A stretch of 64,000 nucleotides of DNA from Acholeplasmataceae bacterium (GTDB lineage: Bacteria > Bacillota_I > Bacilli_A > Acholeplasmatales > Acholeplasmataceae), in assembly GCA_963675245.1 (NCBI GenBank), contig OY775910.1:1024001-1088000 (forward strand), in the 5' to 3' direction. This document shows, piece after piece, positions 10,157-19,767 of the stretch. The position numbers and the translations under genes are program-made. Numbering within the stretch: the first letter of the stretch is position 1; every line of letters begins with the position of its first letter. The notes beneath the pieces are model-generated. The model was not told where the DNA came from, searched no databases, and was given only the letters and a program-made list of their open reading frames with translations.

Positions 10157-10597
10157 ATGCGTGCATACTATCTTGTAAAACAACATATGATTGTGAATGC
10201 AAAGACAATTATTGCAGATGAGAAGAATAATTTACTTTATCAACTCACAACGGATGGCATAAAGCACTCGTGGTCTTTAAAGACGTATGAAAAAGGATAT
10301 ACGCTTATTGTATTTGAACATGGATTTACACAAAGCTGCATAAGATTCAAATATTTAAATCATATATATACAGTTAAGAAAAGCGCATGGACTGCAAAGT
10401 ATCTTGTCAGTTGTTCAACAATTCAAGATTGTACATATACATATAAAAACGGATCATATAAAAGTCATTTCTATATTAATGATGAAGAACAATCCTATTA
10501 CGATGAAGACTCATCAATTATCGCAACCAATGAAAAAGACACAGTATTCTTATTACTCGTTCATTTAGCGGTTTACATCATCATGCATAGAACTTGA
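10157..10597 (+). CDS. Hypothetical protein (possibly LURP-one/tubby-like)
   Basis: RBS AAGGAG; N-terminal YLVKQ..., I.DE.....Y and a C-terminal hydrophobic helix resemble LURP-one proteins; weak. Confidence 0.5.
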   Translation: MRAYYLVKQHMIVNAKTIIADEKNNLLYQLTTDGIKHSWSLKTYEKGYTLIVFEHGFTQSCIRFKYLNHIYTVKKSAWTAKYLVSCSTIQDCTYTYKNGSYKSHFYINDEEQSYYDEDSSIIATNEKDTVFLLLVHLAVYIIMHRT

Positions 10598-10678
10598 TAA
10601 CTAAAAGTACCCTTTCTCTCCAGGGTGCTTTTTTGTATAAAAAAACAGGTGATTTCCATCACCTGTTTGATTTGTCTA

Positions 10679-11278
10679 TTATCTGTTGTAGAATTCGACG
10701 ATAAGCTGTTCATTAACTTCTTGAATAATTTCATGTCTTTCTGGATAACGAACATATGTGCCTACGCCAGTGTCTTTGTTGTAATCTACGAATTCAGCAG
10801 TTGCAAATTGAGCTTCTAAAGCTTCTTGAACGACTTTTAAATTCTTTGATTTTTCTCTAAGTTGTACATTTTGTCCTGGTGTGAGACGGTACGATGGAAT
10901 ATCCACTTTCTTGCCATCGACAAGAATGTGACCATGGTTAACGAGCTGACGCGCTTGAGCTCTTGTACGAGCAAGTCCTAAACGGTAAACGATATTGTCT
11001 AAGCGTGATTCTAAGTAAGTTAAGAATACAACACCATGTTTACCTTGTGTACGGCCTGCTTCATCAAATGTTTTTCTGAATTGTTTTTCAGAAAGACCAT
11101 AAGTGAAACGTACTTTTTGCTTTTCTTGAAGTTGTAGACCATAACCACTGATTTTAGTACGACGTCTGCCATGTTGCCCTGGTGCATAAGGACGTTTTTT
11201 AAGTTCTTTACCAGTTTCAGAAACTGAGTAGTTTAAACGTCTTGATATTTTCCATGTAGATCCTGTGAAACGTGACAT
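10679..11278 (-). CDS. rpsD: 30S ribosomal protein S4
   Basis: [52 protein letters not shown]. Confidence 0.98.
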   Translation of the reverse strand: MSRFTGSTWKISRRLNYSVSETGKELKKRPYAPGQHGRRRTKISGYGLQLQEKQKVRFTYGLSEKQFRKTFDEAGRTQGKHGVVFLTYLESRLDNIVYRLGLARTRAQARQLVNHGHILVDGKKVDIPSYRLTPGQNVQLREKSKNLKVVQEALEAQFATAEFVDYNKDTGVGTYVRYPERHEIIQEVNEQLIVEFYNR

Positions 11279-11289
11279 CTTTTATACCT

Positions 11290-11440
11290 CCTTTTTAAGT
11301 TGGTCGTAAAAGATACAAATAATTAAATGATGAGTATCCCGATATTCTTTTCGCCTTCAAGCAGTAGAAGGTTACTAAGGGCTCCAAGTGGTAGGGATCG
11401 CAGCATAATCAAATATTTGCCTGCTTTTTACCGACGCAAT
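11290..11440 (-). promoter_or_regulatory. Probable structured rpsD (S4 autoregulatory) leader
   Basis: ~150-nt relatively GC-rich UTR containing GTAACCTTCTACTGCTTGAAGGCG (CCTTC/GAAGG stem) and long-range GTCGGTAAAA/TTTTACGAC pairing; position matches Firmicute S4 leaders. Confidence 0.45.
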
Positions 11441-11450
11441 CTATTTTACC

Positions 11451-11909
11451 CTATAGGGTATGCTTTGTCAATTGTTTTATGATGATTTGTGAAAAGTCTT
11501 CTAAAAAGCCAACTAATGTGTCATCAAAACGGTTTAATACGGGGCTATCGATATCTAGAACCCCATATAATTCACTACCTAAATAAAGCGGAACAACGGT
11601 CTCTGAGCGACTATTAGCATCGCATGCGATATGATTAGCGTGATTTAACACATCAGCAATTACCATTGTTTCATTCTTTTTAGCAGATTCCCCACATACA
11701 CCTTCACCTAATTTAATCGTTGCACATGCGACTCTACCTTGAAATGGACCCACGTTTAAGACGTGACCATCAAAAAGATAAAAGCCTACCCAATTGAGTT
11801 CATCTAATATCTCATAGAGATAAGCAGATGCGTTCGCAAGAAGGGAAATGGCAGTTGGTTGTTCATTTAAAAGACTTTCTGCTGTTTCTAAAAATTCATT
11901 ATAATTCAT
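11451..11909 (-). CDS. GAF-domain protein, free methionine-R-sulfoxide reductase (MsrC/YtsP-like)
   Basis: LANASA, NWVGFY, GPFQGRVAC, GEGVCG, HIACDANSRSE, GVLDIDSP. Confidence 0.9.
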   Translation of the reverse strand: MNYNEFLETAESLLNEQPTAISLLANASAYLYEILDELNWVGFYLFDGHVLNVGPFQGRVACATIKLGEGVCGESAKKNETMVIADVLNHANHIACDANSRSETVVPLYLGSELYGVLDIDSPVLNRFDDTLVGFLEDFSQIIIKQLTKHTL

Positions 11910-11965
11910 TAATATCACCGAAACCATTATAGCATAACATGTTATAATAGTTGTGGTGATTAAGG

Positions 11966-13225
11966 ATGAAAAAACAGATTTTAATACGCTTCGGTGATTT
12001 AGTTCTTAAAGGAAGAAATAAAGGTTTTTTTATTAAGGCCATTAGAACCCATGTCAAACATGCATTAAATGGGTTATCGGTTGATTTTAATAATACACAC
12101 GATCGGATGTATATTAAATTTCACGAGTCAGATCAAGATGAAATTATTAATAAACTTAAGAAAATTCCAGGTCTATATTCTTTCAGCTTAATTTATGAAA
12201 CAACAAATCAATTAGAAGATATTATAAAAACAGCCATAGTGGCTGCTAATGAACAATTAACAAATGAAACGTCAATTAAAATTGATACGAAACGTGCGGA
12301 TAAAACATATCCGCTTACAAGTTTAGAAGTTACACAAAAAATAGCTGGTCGTATTTTAGCCGGTGTTGATCACAAGATGGTTGTTGATGTGAGGCATCCA
12401 GATGCAGTGATTTATATCGAAATTAGACGAGATGTGTCATTTGTCTTTATAGGTCAAATATTTGGTATGGGTGGATTTCCATATGGCACTGCAGGTAAAG
12501 GGCTTGTCATGATGAGTGGTGGAATTGATAGTCCGATTGCTGCGTATTTAGCAATGAAACAAGGTATTCGTGTGGAACTATTCCATTTTGAATCGACGCC
12601 TTTAACACCGCTCGAGAGTGTTCAGAAAGTGATTGATCTTGCTAAAATATTATCAACCTACTCAGCCAATGGATCGATTAAATTGCATTTAGTACCGTTT
12701 ACGAATATTCATGAAAATTTATTGAAGAATGTGGCGGATTCTTATATTATTACCATCATGAGAAGAATGATGTATCGACTTGCTGAACGCTATGCAAACG
12801 AACAAGAAATCAATTGTTTGATTAACGGTGAATCTGTTGGTCAGGTCGCGAGTCAAACGCTAGCAAGTATAAAAGTTGTTGAAAATGTAACTAATATTCC
12901 TATCTTAAGACCCGTCATTACATATGATAAAAATGAGATTATTAAGTTAGCTTATGCGTTAGAATCATTTGACATATCAACAAGACCATTTAATGATTGT
13001 TGCAGTATATATGTACCAAGAAACCCGGTCACTAACCCTAATGTTCTATTCGCTGAAAGAGAAGAATTTAAGGTTGATTTTAGTTTAATGGATGAAGCAC
13101 TAGCAAACATTGTATCACTTGATATAACACCAAAATTAGATTTTGAAATCGCAAACTATGGATTTAGTGCGAATGAAGCGTATCAAGCGTTTAGAGAAGA
13201 TAAAAGAAAGAAGTATGATGAATGA
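11966..13225 (+). CDS. thiI: tRNA 4-thiouridine synthase ThiI
   Basis: N-terminal RFGDLVLKGRN, THUMP domain, PP-loop SGGIDS, GESVGQVASQT, DCC. Confidence 0.95.
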   Translation: MKKQILIRFGDLVLKGRNKGFFIKAIRTHVKHALNGLSVDFNNTHDRMYIKFHESDQDEIINKLKKIPGLYSFSLIYETTNQLEDIIKTAIVAANEQLTNETSIKIDTKRADKTYPLTSLEVTQKIAGRILAGVDHKMVVDVRHPDAVIYIEIRRDVSFVFIGQIFGMGGFPYGTAGKGLVMMSGGIDSPIAAYLAMKQGIRVELFHFESTPLTPLESVQKVIDLAKILSTYSANGSIKLHLVPFTNIHENLLKNVADSYIITIMRRMMYRLAERYANEQEINCLINGESVGQVASQTLASIKVVENVTNIPILRPVITYDKNEIIKLAYALESFDISTRPFNDCCSIYVPRNPVTNPNVLFAEREEFKVDFSLMDEALANIVSLDITPKLDFEIANYGFSANEAYQAFREDKRKKYDE

Positions 13226-13920
13226 TTGAATCAAGACAAAATAAACAAATAAAGATTTGGATAAAATTGAAACAGAAAAAATACAGAGATCAATTTGACC
13301 GTTTTTTAGTTTATGGAGAACACCTCATTGAAAGAGCAAAAGCAGTAGGTGCACTTGAAGAAATCATCACAGACAATCCAGATAAAGAAGGGACATTGAT
13401 TGCACCTGAATTAATGAAAGAATTACAACAAACAGCAAGTTATATTGATCAAATTGGTGTTTGTAAAATGACAAATAAACCGATGAAATCGGATGCTGTT
13501 TTAGTATTAGATGATGTCCAAGATCCCGATAATGTTGGTGCACTTATGAGAAGCGCAGTAGCATTTGGATTTAATCATGTCATCTTAAGTTATGGATGTG
13601 CTGATATGTATAACGAAAAAGTTATCCGCGCATCTAAGGGTGCTTTGTTTGATTGTTATGTAGAAAGAAAACCGCTTGATAAAGCGTTATCCAGTTTAAA
13701 AGAAAATGGCTATCAAGTGCTTGCTGCAGATGCACATCAAAAAGGATCATTGAAAGAAACACATAAAATTGCACTTATATTGGGCAATGAAGGACATGGT
13801 ATATCAGATGATGTTTTACCGTTTGTTGATCAATTTGTTACAATAAAAACAAAGACGGTTGAAAGTCTTAATGTCAGTGTTGCAGGTGCAATTATCATGA
13901 GAGATTGGAGTTTATTATGA
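13222..13920 (+). CDS. TrmH/SpoU-family RNA methyltransferase
   Basis: LDDVQDPDNVGALMRSA, LGNEGHG, ESLNVSVA. Confidence 0.92.
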   Translation: MIESRQNKQIKIWIKLKQKKYRDQFDRFLVYGEHLIERAKAVGALEEIITDNPDKEGTLIAPELMKELQQTASYIDQIGVCKMTNKPMKSDAVLVLDDVQDPDNVGALMRSAVAFGFNHVILSYGCADMYNEKVIRASKGALFDCYVERKPLDKALSSLKENGYQVLAADAHQKGSLKETHKIALILGNEGHGISDDVLPFVDQFVTIKTKTVESLNVSVAGAIIMRDWSLL

Positions 13921-14822
13921 AAGCGAAACTAACAGCGTTTTTTGATCACGATGGCAAGCTTCCATTAGAAGATAGACTAGCGTTAGCTAAGCATCATGGT
14001 ATTGATTCAATAGGATTAAGAAGTTATCAAAATAAGCCATTAATCGAAATGACAGAACGTGATGCGAAAGATGTTTATCAACTGTTTAAACAAGCCAATA
14101 TGAATCTGTCATTTTTGGATGACAACATCGGTGATTATGATTTGAATAGTGATTCTAAATATAAAGAACACTTAGAGCAATTCAAATTTCTAATTGAATT
14201 ATCTGATCGTTTAAAAACAAACACGTTATGTTTAAGACTTCCTCAATTTACGAAAGTGATTGATGAATTTGAAAATATAAGTTTTAGACTCACACCTTTT
14301 TTTGAAGCAGCTAGTAAAAGAAGAAAACGGATATGGATTGTACCTTCTAATGATTATAAGGCAAATACATATGCGTATATATTTAAAAAGATGAAAACAT
14401 CACATGTCGGCATGTTATTTGATCCAGTATACTTTATGGATATTAAACAATCGAATACAACCGCTTATCGCTTATTAAAACGATATATCGACGTGTTTGC
14501 ATGTCATGATAAAGATCATAAAGGTAATCCTAGACTTTTAGGATATGGAAAAACTGATGTCATTGGATTATTTAAACGTTTAACGAGGGATCGTTATAAT
14601 GGGATGTTGTTAGTGGATAATGATTTTTATCATCAAGTGTTTGCCGAACCAGCAACAAAAAAAGGCCTTTTTGGTTTCGGCTATAAGAAACAGCAAAAAC
14701 AAAAAGATGCCTTACAGAAAGAACTTTCACATGTGCTCTTCCCAAATGAACAGACAAGAGTCTGTACATATGATGATGTTTTATCAAATCAAATTCGTTT
14801 GGTTAAAGTATTGTTTTCTTAA
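13917..14822 (+). CDS. Xylose-isomerase-like TIM-barrel protein
   Basis: A...GIDSIGLR, LFDPVYF, H-D, LLGYGKTD..., YNG.L.V pattern of AP-endonuclease-2/sugar isomerase barrels; metal ligands partly degenerate. Confidence 0.6.
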   Translation: MKAKLTAFFDHDGKLPLEDRLALAKHHGIDSIGLRSYQNKPLIEMTERDAKDVYQLFKQANMNLSFLDDNIGDYDLNSDSKYKEHLEQFKFLIELSDRLKTNTLCLRLPQFTKVIDEFENISFRLTPFFEAASKRRKRIWIVPSNDYKANTYAYIFKKMKTSHVGMLFDPVYFMDIKQSNTTAYRLLKRYIDVFACHDKDHKGNPRLLGYGKTDVIGLFKRLTRDRYNGMLLVDNDFYHQVFAEPATKKGLFGFGYKKQQKQKDALQKELSHVLFPNEQTRVCTYDDVLSNQIRLVKVLFS

Positions 14823-15403
14823 ATCTCAGCGTCTTCTTCGTTTTCTGGAATTTCAAAGGCAGGCGCTGCATTTGGAATGTTTGGGAAGAGTTTAGAGGTG
14901 AAAAGAATACCATCCAAGTGATCAAGTTCATGTTGGAAAACAATACCCACATAACCTTCTAGATGAAGTTTGATAGGTATCACTTTATCTGCCGGTATAT
15001 CATAAGACAAAGCTTCTAACGTAATTGTTTTATAACGTGGTGTGAGACCAATTGTTTCACGGTCGACGGATAAACATCCTTCACCACCAGGTACATAAAT
15101 AAGCTCACTACTCTTTTCTGTAATAACAGGATTGATGAGTGCGAAAGAATAAAGCGTCCCATCAAAGTCTGTGACATGTACAGCATACATTCTTTTAGAC
15201 ACGTTGACTTGTGGCGCAGCGATACCAACGGCAGGTCTTAGTTCGTATTTTTCAACCATGTCAGGATCCTGAGAGTTTTTAACAAATTGTAGTAAATCGA
15301 TTAGTAAACGTTTATCAGCCACTGATAAAGGAAGTTTCACTGGTTTAGCGACTGTCACGAGGGTTTTATGCCCTTCTCGAATGACATTTTTCATAGTTAT
15401 CAT
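14819..15403 (-). CDS. def: Peptide deformylase
   Basis: VGIAAPQV, EGCLS, QHELDHLDG. Confidence 0.96.
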   Translation of the reverse strand: MITMKNVIREGHKTLVTVAKPVKLPLSVADKRLLIDLLQFVKNSQDPDMVEKYELRPAVGIAAPQVNVSKRMYAVHVTDFDGTLYSFALINPVITEKSSELIYVPGGEGCLSVDRETIGLTPRYKTITLEALSYDIPADKVIPIKLHLEGYVGIVFQHELDHLDGILFTSKLFPNIPNAAPAFEIPENEEDAEI

Positions 15404-15518
15404 AAATCATCCACCTCATTCATATTATAGCATAGGAAGTTATGGCATGCTATTAGGATGTGTGGTAGGTCACATGATACAATATAAGTATGAAAAAAAA
15501 TAGTAAAAGGAAAAAATT

Positions 15519-15911
15519 ATGACAGATATCATTTTACAAGCATATAATGTTTTGGATGAAATTGTGAAAGATCCTGATGTTATAGCTTTAAAAAAATTAA
15601 ATAAAGAAATTGATGAAAAATTTTCCAATGAAATCAAAGCTTTTAGTGAAGCTAAGAATGTCTATGATGATGTGATGTCAACAGGTGGGCATTATCATCC
15701 GGATTTTAAAAAAGTGACACTAAAGTTATCTGAGGCAAAATCAACACTCTATCAAAAACCTGAAGTAAGTGATTATTTAAAGTTAGAGAAAAAAGTTGAG
15801 ACAAAACTAAATGATTTATTAAGAGAAATGACAAATCGTATTTCGTCACATATCCCAACACCAAATGCAATCGGTATCGTGAAAAAGGGAGGTAGTTGCC
15901 ATGTTGGTTAA
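15519..15911 (+). CDS. ylbF: YlbF/Com_YlbF-family regulator
   Basis: GHYHPDF, P.V..Y...E..., IS.HIPTPN..., C-terminal GGSC; upstream of ylbG as in Bacillus. Confidence 0.75.
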   Translation: MTDIILQAYNVLDEIVKDPDVIALKKLNKEIDEKFSNEIKAFSEAKNVYDDVMSTGGHYHPDFKKVTLKLSEAKSTLYQKPEVSDYLKLEKKVETKLNDLLREMTNRISSHIPTPNAIGIVKKGGSCHVG

Positions 15912-16137
15912 TCGTATGAGCTATGTGGTTTTCTTTAAAGGAAATCAAGTAGTTAACAAATTGGCAGAGCTGCCAGTAAATGTCACATATGTTTCAAAAA
16001 AGAAAAGGTTCGCGATTATTTATACGGATAAAGCTAACGAAGAAAGCATTAAAAAAGCATTAAAAAATATTAAAGGGTTTAAAGGATTTACACCATCACA
16101 AACCTTTGATGAAAATTTAAATTTTGATGTTAAGTAA
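15901..16137 (+). CDS. ylbG: YlbG-family (DUF2129) protein
   Basis: 78 aa, R...VV...., VTYVSKK.RFAIIY; synteny with ylbF. Confidence 0.7.
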   Translation: MLVNRMSYVVFFKGNQVVNKLAELPVNVTYVSKKKRFAIIYTDKANEESIKKALKNIKGFKGFTPSQTFDENLNFDVK

Positions 16138-16207
16138 AAAACCTTGACACTAACGGTTTTTTATGTATAATAGGAATGTACATTTGTTTTAGAAAGAGAG
16201 TGAAAAT

Positions 16208-16450
16208 ATGGCAGTAAAATTAAGATTACAACGTTATGGTACACACAAGACACCTTATTATCGCGTCGTAGCAAGCGATTCACGTCGTTCAAGAGATGGA
16301 AAATTCTTAGAAATTCTTGGCACATATGATCCGCTTAAAGGCGTTGTATCAGTAGATGCAGACAAAGTCCAAAAATGGATATCAAATGGTGCACAACCTA
16401 CAGATACAGTTAAGAGTCTTATTAAGAAGTATCACGTACTAAGTAAATAA
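16208..16450 (+). CDS. rpsP: 30S ribosomal protein S16
   Basis: [32 protein letters not shown]. Confidence 0.97.
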   Translation: MAVKLRLQRYGTHKTPYYRVVASDSRRSRDGKFLEILGTYDPLKGVVSVDADKVQKWISNGAQPTDTVKSLIKKYHVLSK

Positions 16451-16466
16451 ATAGGGGGTTTAGAAA

Positions 16467-16721
16467 ATGGCAATAGATTTTGAAAAACTAATCAAAAATA
16501 TCGTTGTGCCATTAGTCGTTAACCCGGATGACGTTTTAGTAAAGATTATATCAGATGATGGTGATATACTTGCCATTCAACTGCTAGTCAATGAAGCTGA
16601 TTTAGGTCGTGTTATTGGTAAAGGCGGAAAGATTGCTAATGCTATGCGCACAATTGTTTATGCAGGTGCTTCGAAAGAAAATAAGCGCGTGCATATCGAT
16701 ATTGACTCTTATCAGTTTTAG
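16467..16721 (+). CDS. khpA: KH-domain RNA-binding protein KhpA (YlqC)
   Basis: DLGRVIGKGGKIANAMRT; position between rpsP and rimM. Confidence 0.9.
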   Translation: MAIDFEKLIKNIVVPLVVNPDDVLVKIISDDGDILAIQLLVNEADLGRVIGKGGKIANAMRTIVYAGASKENKRVHIDIDSYQF

Positions 16722-16724
16722 GGA

Positions 16725-17219
16725 TTGAGTATGTATCTGATTGGCCGGATTGCGAGTACTCATGGTATTCGTGGTGAGCTAAAAGTCGACAGCTTAAGTG
16801 ACTTTGAACGCTTTAAGCCGGGGAAAACAGTCTATATTGAAGAAAACGGCATGCACATACCCTTTGAGATTGAAAGTGTCAGAGAGCATAAGAACAGGTA
16901 TCTTGTTAAGTTCGTTGGTAAAGATAATATCAATGATGTCTTAATGTATAGAGGTTTAAAACTATATGCAGAAGATAAACCTGAAGATGTGCTTGAGGAA
17001 GATGAGTATTATTACGAAGACCTTATAGGGAAACTTGTGAAAACGGATCAAGGCGAAGACATTGGTGTTATTTCAAGTTTAATTGAAGTACCACAGGGTC
17101 ATTTACTAGAAGTTAAGAAAACTAATGGTAAAAAAGTGTTGATACCTTTTGTCTCGTTCTTTGTAAGTCGTGTTGACGATCAAACGGTCGTGATTAAACC
17201 GATTGAAGGGTTATTATGA
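16725..17219 (+). CDS. rimM: Ribosome maturation factor RimM
   Basis: IGRIASTHGIRGELKV, EYYYEDLIG, LIPFV; TTG start. Confidence 0.93.
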   Translation: MSMYLIGRIASTHGIRGELKVDSLSDFERFKPGKTVYIEENGMHIPFEIESVREHKNRYLVKFVGKDNINDVLMYRGLKLYAEDKPEDVLEEDEYYYEDLIGKLVKTDQGEDIGVISSLIEVPQGHLLEVKKTNGKKVLIPFVSFFVSRVDDQTVVIKPIEGLL

Positions 17220-17941
17220 AGATTGATATCCTAACAATATTTCCAGAGTTTTTTGACGCATTTTTAAATACATCGAAGATTAAGCACGCTATAGAAGATG
17301 GACAAGCAGTAATTACTTGTCATCAACTTAGAGATTATGCAGTTAGAAAACACGGCAATATCGATGACACACCTTATGGTGGTGGTGTTGGTATGCTCAT
17401 GCAATTTCCACCTTTTTATGAAGCGATTAAATCGCTAAAAGAAAAAGATTCGAAAATTTATTTGATGAGCCCACAAGGAAAACTCTTTAATCAAAAAATG
17501 GCACAAAGCCTTTCACATGAAAAGCATATGATATTGTTATGTGGACATTATGAAGGTGTGGATGCAAGAGTCTTAGACATCATTGATGGTGAAATATCTA
17601 TTGGTGATTATGTCTTAACAGGTGGAGAAATTCCAGCGATGATCGTAACAGATGCCGTTGTGAGATTACTTCCTGATGTGATTCATGAAGCATCAAGTGC
17701 GACGGATAGTTTATCGAATGGCTGGTTAAAATATCCCCAGTACACCAAACCGGAAACCTATAAAGGTTACTCGGTTCCAGATATCTTATTATCAGGACAT
17801 CATGCGAATATTGAAGCATGGCGTAAGAAAGAATCCATGACATCAACGTATAAAAAACGCAAAGATCTTATTAAAAAGATTAAAATGACTGATGAAGAAA
17901 AAGATATATTAGAAACAATCAAATTGGAACATAAACGATAG
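17216..17941 (+). CDS. trmD: tRNA (guanine37-N1)-methyltransferase
   Basis: DDTPYGGGVGM, SPQG, CGHYEGVDAR, SIGDYVLTGGE, PQYTKP, LLSGHH. Confidence 0.97.
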   Translation: MKIDILTIFPEFFDAFLNTSKIKHAIEDGQAVITCHQLRDYAVRKHGNIDDTPYGGGVGMLMQFPPFYEAIKSLKEKDSKIYLMSPQGKLFNQKMAQSLSHEKHMILLCGHYEGVDARVLDIIDGEISIGDYVLTGGEIPAMIVTDAVVRLLPDVIHEASSATDSLSNGWLKYPQYTKPETYKGYSVPDILLSGHHANIEAWRKKESMTSTYKKRKDLIKKIKMTDEEKDILETIKLEHKR

Positions 17942-17996
17942 TTGAAGATTTAACTAGAGTTTGTTATAATAAATAAGCCTATATCAAGAAAGAATG

Positions 17997-18033
17997 CAAT
18001 GGTCCGCTGTTAAAAAGAGTAACAAGAACATTG
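17997..18033 (+). promoter_or_regulatory. L19 (rplS) leader RNA
   Basis: AATGGTCCGCTGTTA...TAACAAGAACATT matches the short L19-leader pattern (UCCGCUG...CAAGA.CAU) directly upstream of rplS. Confidence 0.65.
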
Positions 18034-18056
18034 GAAAGAAAGAGAGTGAGTCAAAC

Positions 18057-18413
18057 ATGGCAAAATTAAAAGGGCAAGCGCTAATCGCTGAAATCACGAA
18101 AGGATACATCAAAGAAGTTCCTGAATTTAATGCTGGCGATACTGTTAAAGTATACGTAAAGATTAAAGAAGGCGACAAAGAACGTATCCAGCTTTTCGAA
18201 GGTCTTGTGATTAAAAGACAAGGCGGCGGTGTATCAGAAACATTTACAGTTCGTAAGGTTTCTTATGGTATTGGTGTGGAAAGAACTTTCCCAGTTCATT
18301 CACCAGCAATTGATCATATCGACGTTGCAAGACGTGGTAAGGTCAGACGTGCAAAACTACATTACATCCGTACATTATCAGCTAAGGCATCAAGAATTAA
18401 AGAAAAGCGCTAA
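18057..18413 (+). CDS. rplS: 50S ribosomal protein L19
   Basis: [49 protein letters not shown] 18057. Confidence 0.97.
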   Translation: MAKLKGQALIAEITKGYIKEVPEFNAGDTVKVYVKIKEGDKERIQLFEGLVIKRQGGGVSETFTVRKVSYGIGVERTFPVHSPAIDHIDVARRGKVRRAKLHYIRTLSAKASRIKEKR

Positions 18414-18419
18414 AACATT

Positions 18420-18442
18420 AAAGGAGCTCATGCTCCTTTTTT
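18420..18442 (+). terminator. Intrinsic terminator after rplS
   Basis: AAAGGAGC-TCAT-GCTCCTTT followed by TTT. Confidence 0.75.
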
Positions 18443-18490
18443 GTTAAATGAATATAAATGAAAAAACTTTCATAAACTTTCATAAAACTA

Positions 18491-18519
18491 TTGAAAGCCT
18501 TTTCATATTATGATACAAT
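18491..18519 (+). promoter_or_regulatory. Sigma-A promoter of the ccpA-like gene with overlapping cre-like site
   Basis: TTGAAA (18491-96), 17 nt, TACAAT (18514-19) preceded by TG; TGAAAGCCTTTTCA at 18492-18505 overlaps the -35. Confidence 0.55.
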
Positions 18520-18558
18520 AGGTTTGAAGTTTTGAAAAATTTAAAGGAGTGATTTTAT

Positions 18559-19554
18559 ATGAGTAACGCAACTATATATGATGTCGCAGGCGCAGCTGGT
18601 GTCTCACTTGCTACCGTCTCACGTGTACTCAATAATCCTGAAAAGGTTAAAGAAGAAACTAGACAACGTGTATTGAAAGTCATCAAAGAATTAGGGTATC
18701 GTCCAAACGTGATTGCAAGGGGCTTAGCAAGCAGAAAAACAACCACTGTAGGCATCGTTATTTCTGATGTCACAAGAGCTTCAGTATCTGAAATGCTTGG
18801 TGGTATTAGTGATATTGCTCATAATTATAAGTATTCAATCAAATTGTTCTCAATCCGCGAAGATATGGATGTTATGGATGTCTTAAAAGATATCGTGGCT
18901 GAACAGGTTGATGGTGTACTTTATTTAAATGACGAACTTAATGAAAATAGAGTAGAAGAAGTGAAAGGTATTTTCCAAGATAATCAAATTCCATTTGTTT
19001 TCGCGAATGTTGTTTCTGATGATCCTGAAGTACCAATGGTCTCTATTGATTATGAAAAAGCTGGTTATGAAATCACGAAACTTATGTTAGATGATAAACG
19101 TAAAGACGTTTATTTATTATCAACTGCTAGACGTTACTCAGTAAATGATAAAAAAGAAGCTGGTTATACAAAGGCGATGCGTGAAGCTGGCCTAGAACCA
19201 AAGATCTTTAGAACAAGCGGCGATACACATATTAATCGTCAACACTTTAAAACGTTTTTCAGTGACAAACGTATCGATGCTGCGATTGGCGTCAGAGACT
19301 CAATTGCTGTATCATTTATGAATGTCTCAATTGAAGAAGGTGTTAAAGTACCTAAAGCATTATGTGTTGCAGGTTTCCAAAACACGAAATATGCATTATT
19401 AAGTCGTCCCAACTTGACATCTATTGATGTTCCAGTGTATGATATTGGTGCAGTTTCAATGAGACTGTTAACGAAGTTAATGAGCTCTAAAGATGTTGAT
19501 AATATCAGAATTATTTTGCCACATTATATCGTTAAACGTCAAACAACAAATTAA
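18559..19554 (+). CDS. ccpA: LacI-family regulator, catabolite control protein A-like
   Basis: TIYDVA..AGVSLATVSRV, YRPNVIARGLASRKTTTVG, QVDG, RP.LT....P.YDIGAVSMRLLTKLM (CcpA-typical). Confidence 0.85.
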   Translation: MSNATIYDVAGAAGVSLATVSRVLNNPEKVKEETRQRVLKVIKELGYRPNVIARGLASRKTTTVGIVISDVTRASVSEMLGGISDIAHNYKYSIKLFSIREDMDVMDVLKDIVAEQVDGVLYLNDELNENRVEEVKGIFQDNQIPFVFANVVSDDPEVPMVSIDYEKAGYEITKLMLDDKRKDVYLLSTARRYSVNDKKEAGYTKAMREAGLEPKIFRTSGDTHINRQHFKTFFSDKRIDAAIGVRDSIAVSFMNVSIEEGVKVPKALCVAGFQNTKYALLSRPNLTSIDVPVYDIGAVSMRLLTKLMSSKDVDNIRIILPHYIVKRQTTN

Positions 19555-19559
19555 TCAAT

Positions 19560-19750
19560 CGATGAAACAATTAAAGTAGATTTATTTAAACCTTAAATAG
19601 AGATTCCATGAGAGTGTAACATGGAAAGAAAAAATAAATTGAAATACGCTTGTGGAGATTATATAAACATTTGAGGGCTAGGAAACTAGAACTAAGGTGG
19701 TACCGCGATAATATGTCGTCCTTAGATTATTTTAAGGACGATCTTTTTAT
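19560..19750 (+). promoter_or_regulatory. T-box riboswitch (Tyr)
   Basis: Specifier GAAA-TAC (UAC, 19645-47); T-box AAGGTGGTACCGCG near 19694-19707; terminator CGTCCTTA..TAAGGACG plus U-tract; precedes tyrS. Confidence 0.9.
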
Positions 19751-19767
19751 GAAAAAAGGAGAACAAG

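Noticed and set aside
17994..18056. N-terminal extension of L19 in the ORF track
   Set aside because: It overlaps the L19 leader RNA; ATG 18057 gives a normal-length protein.
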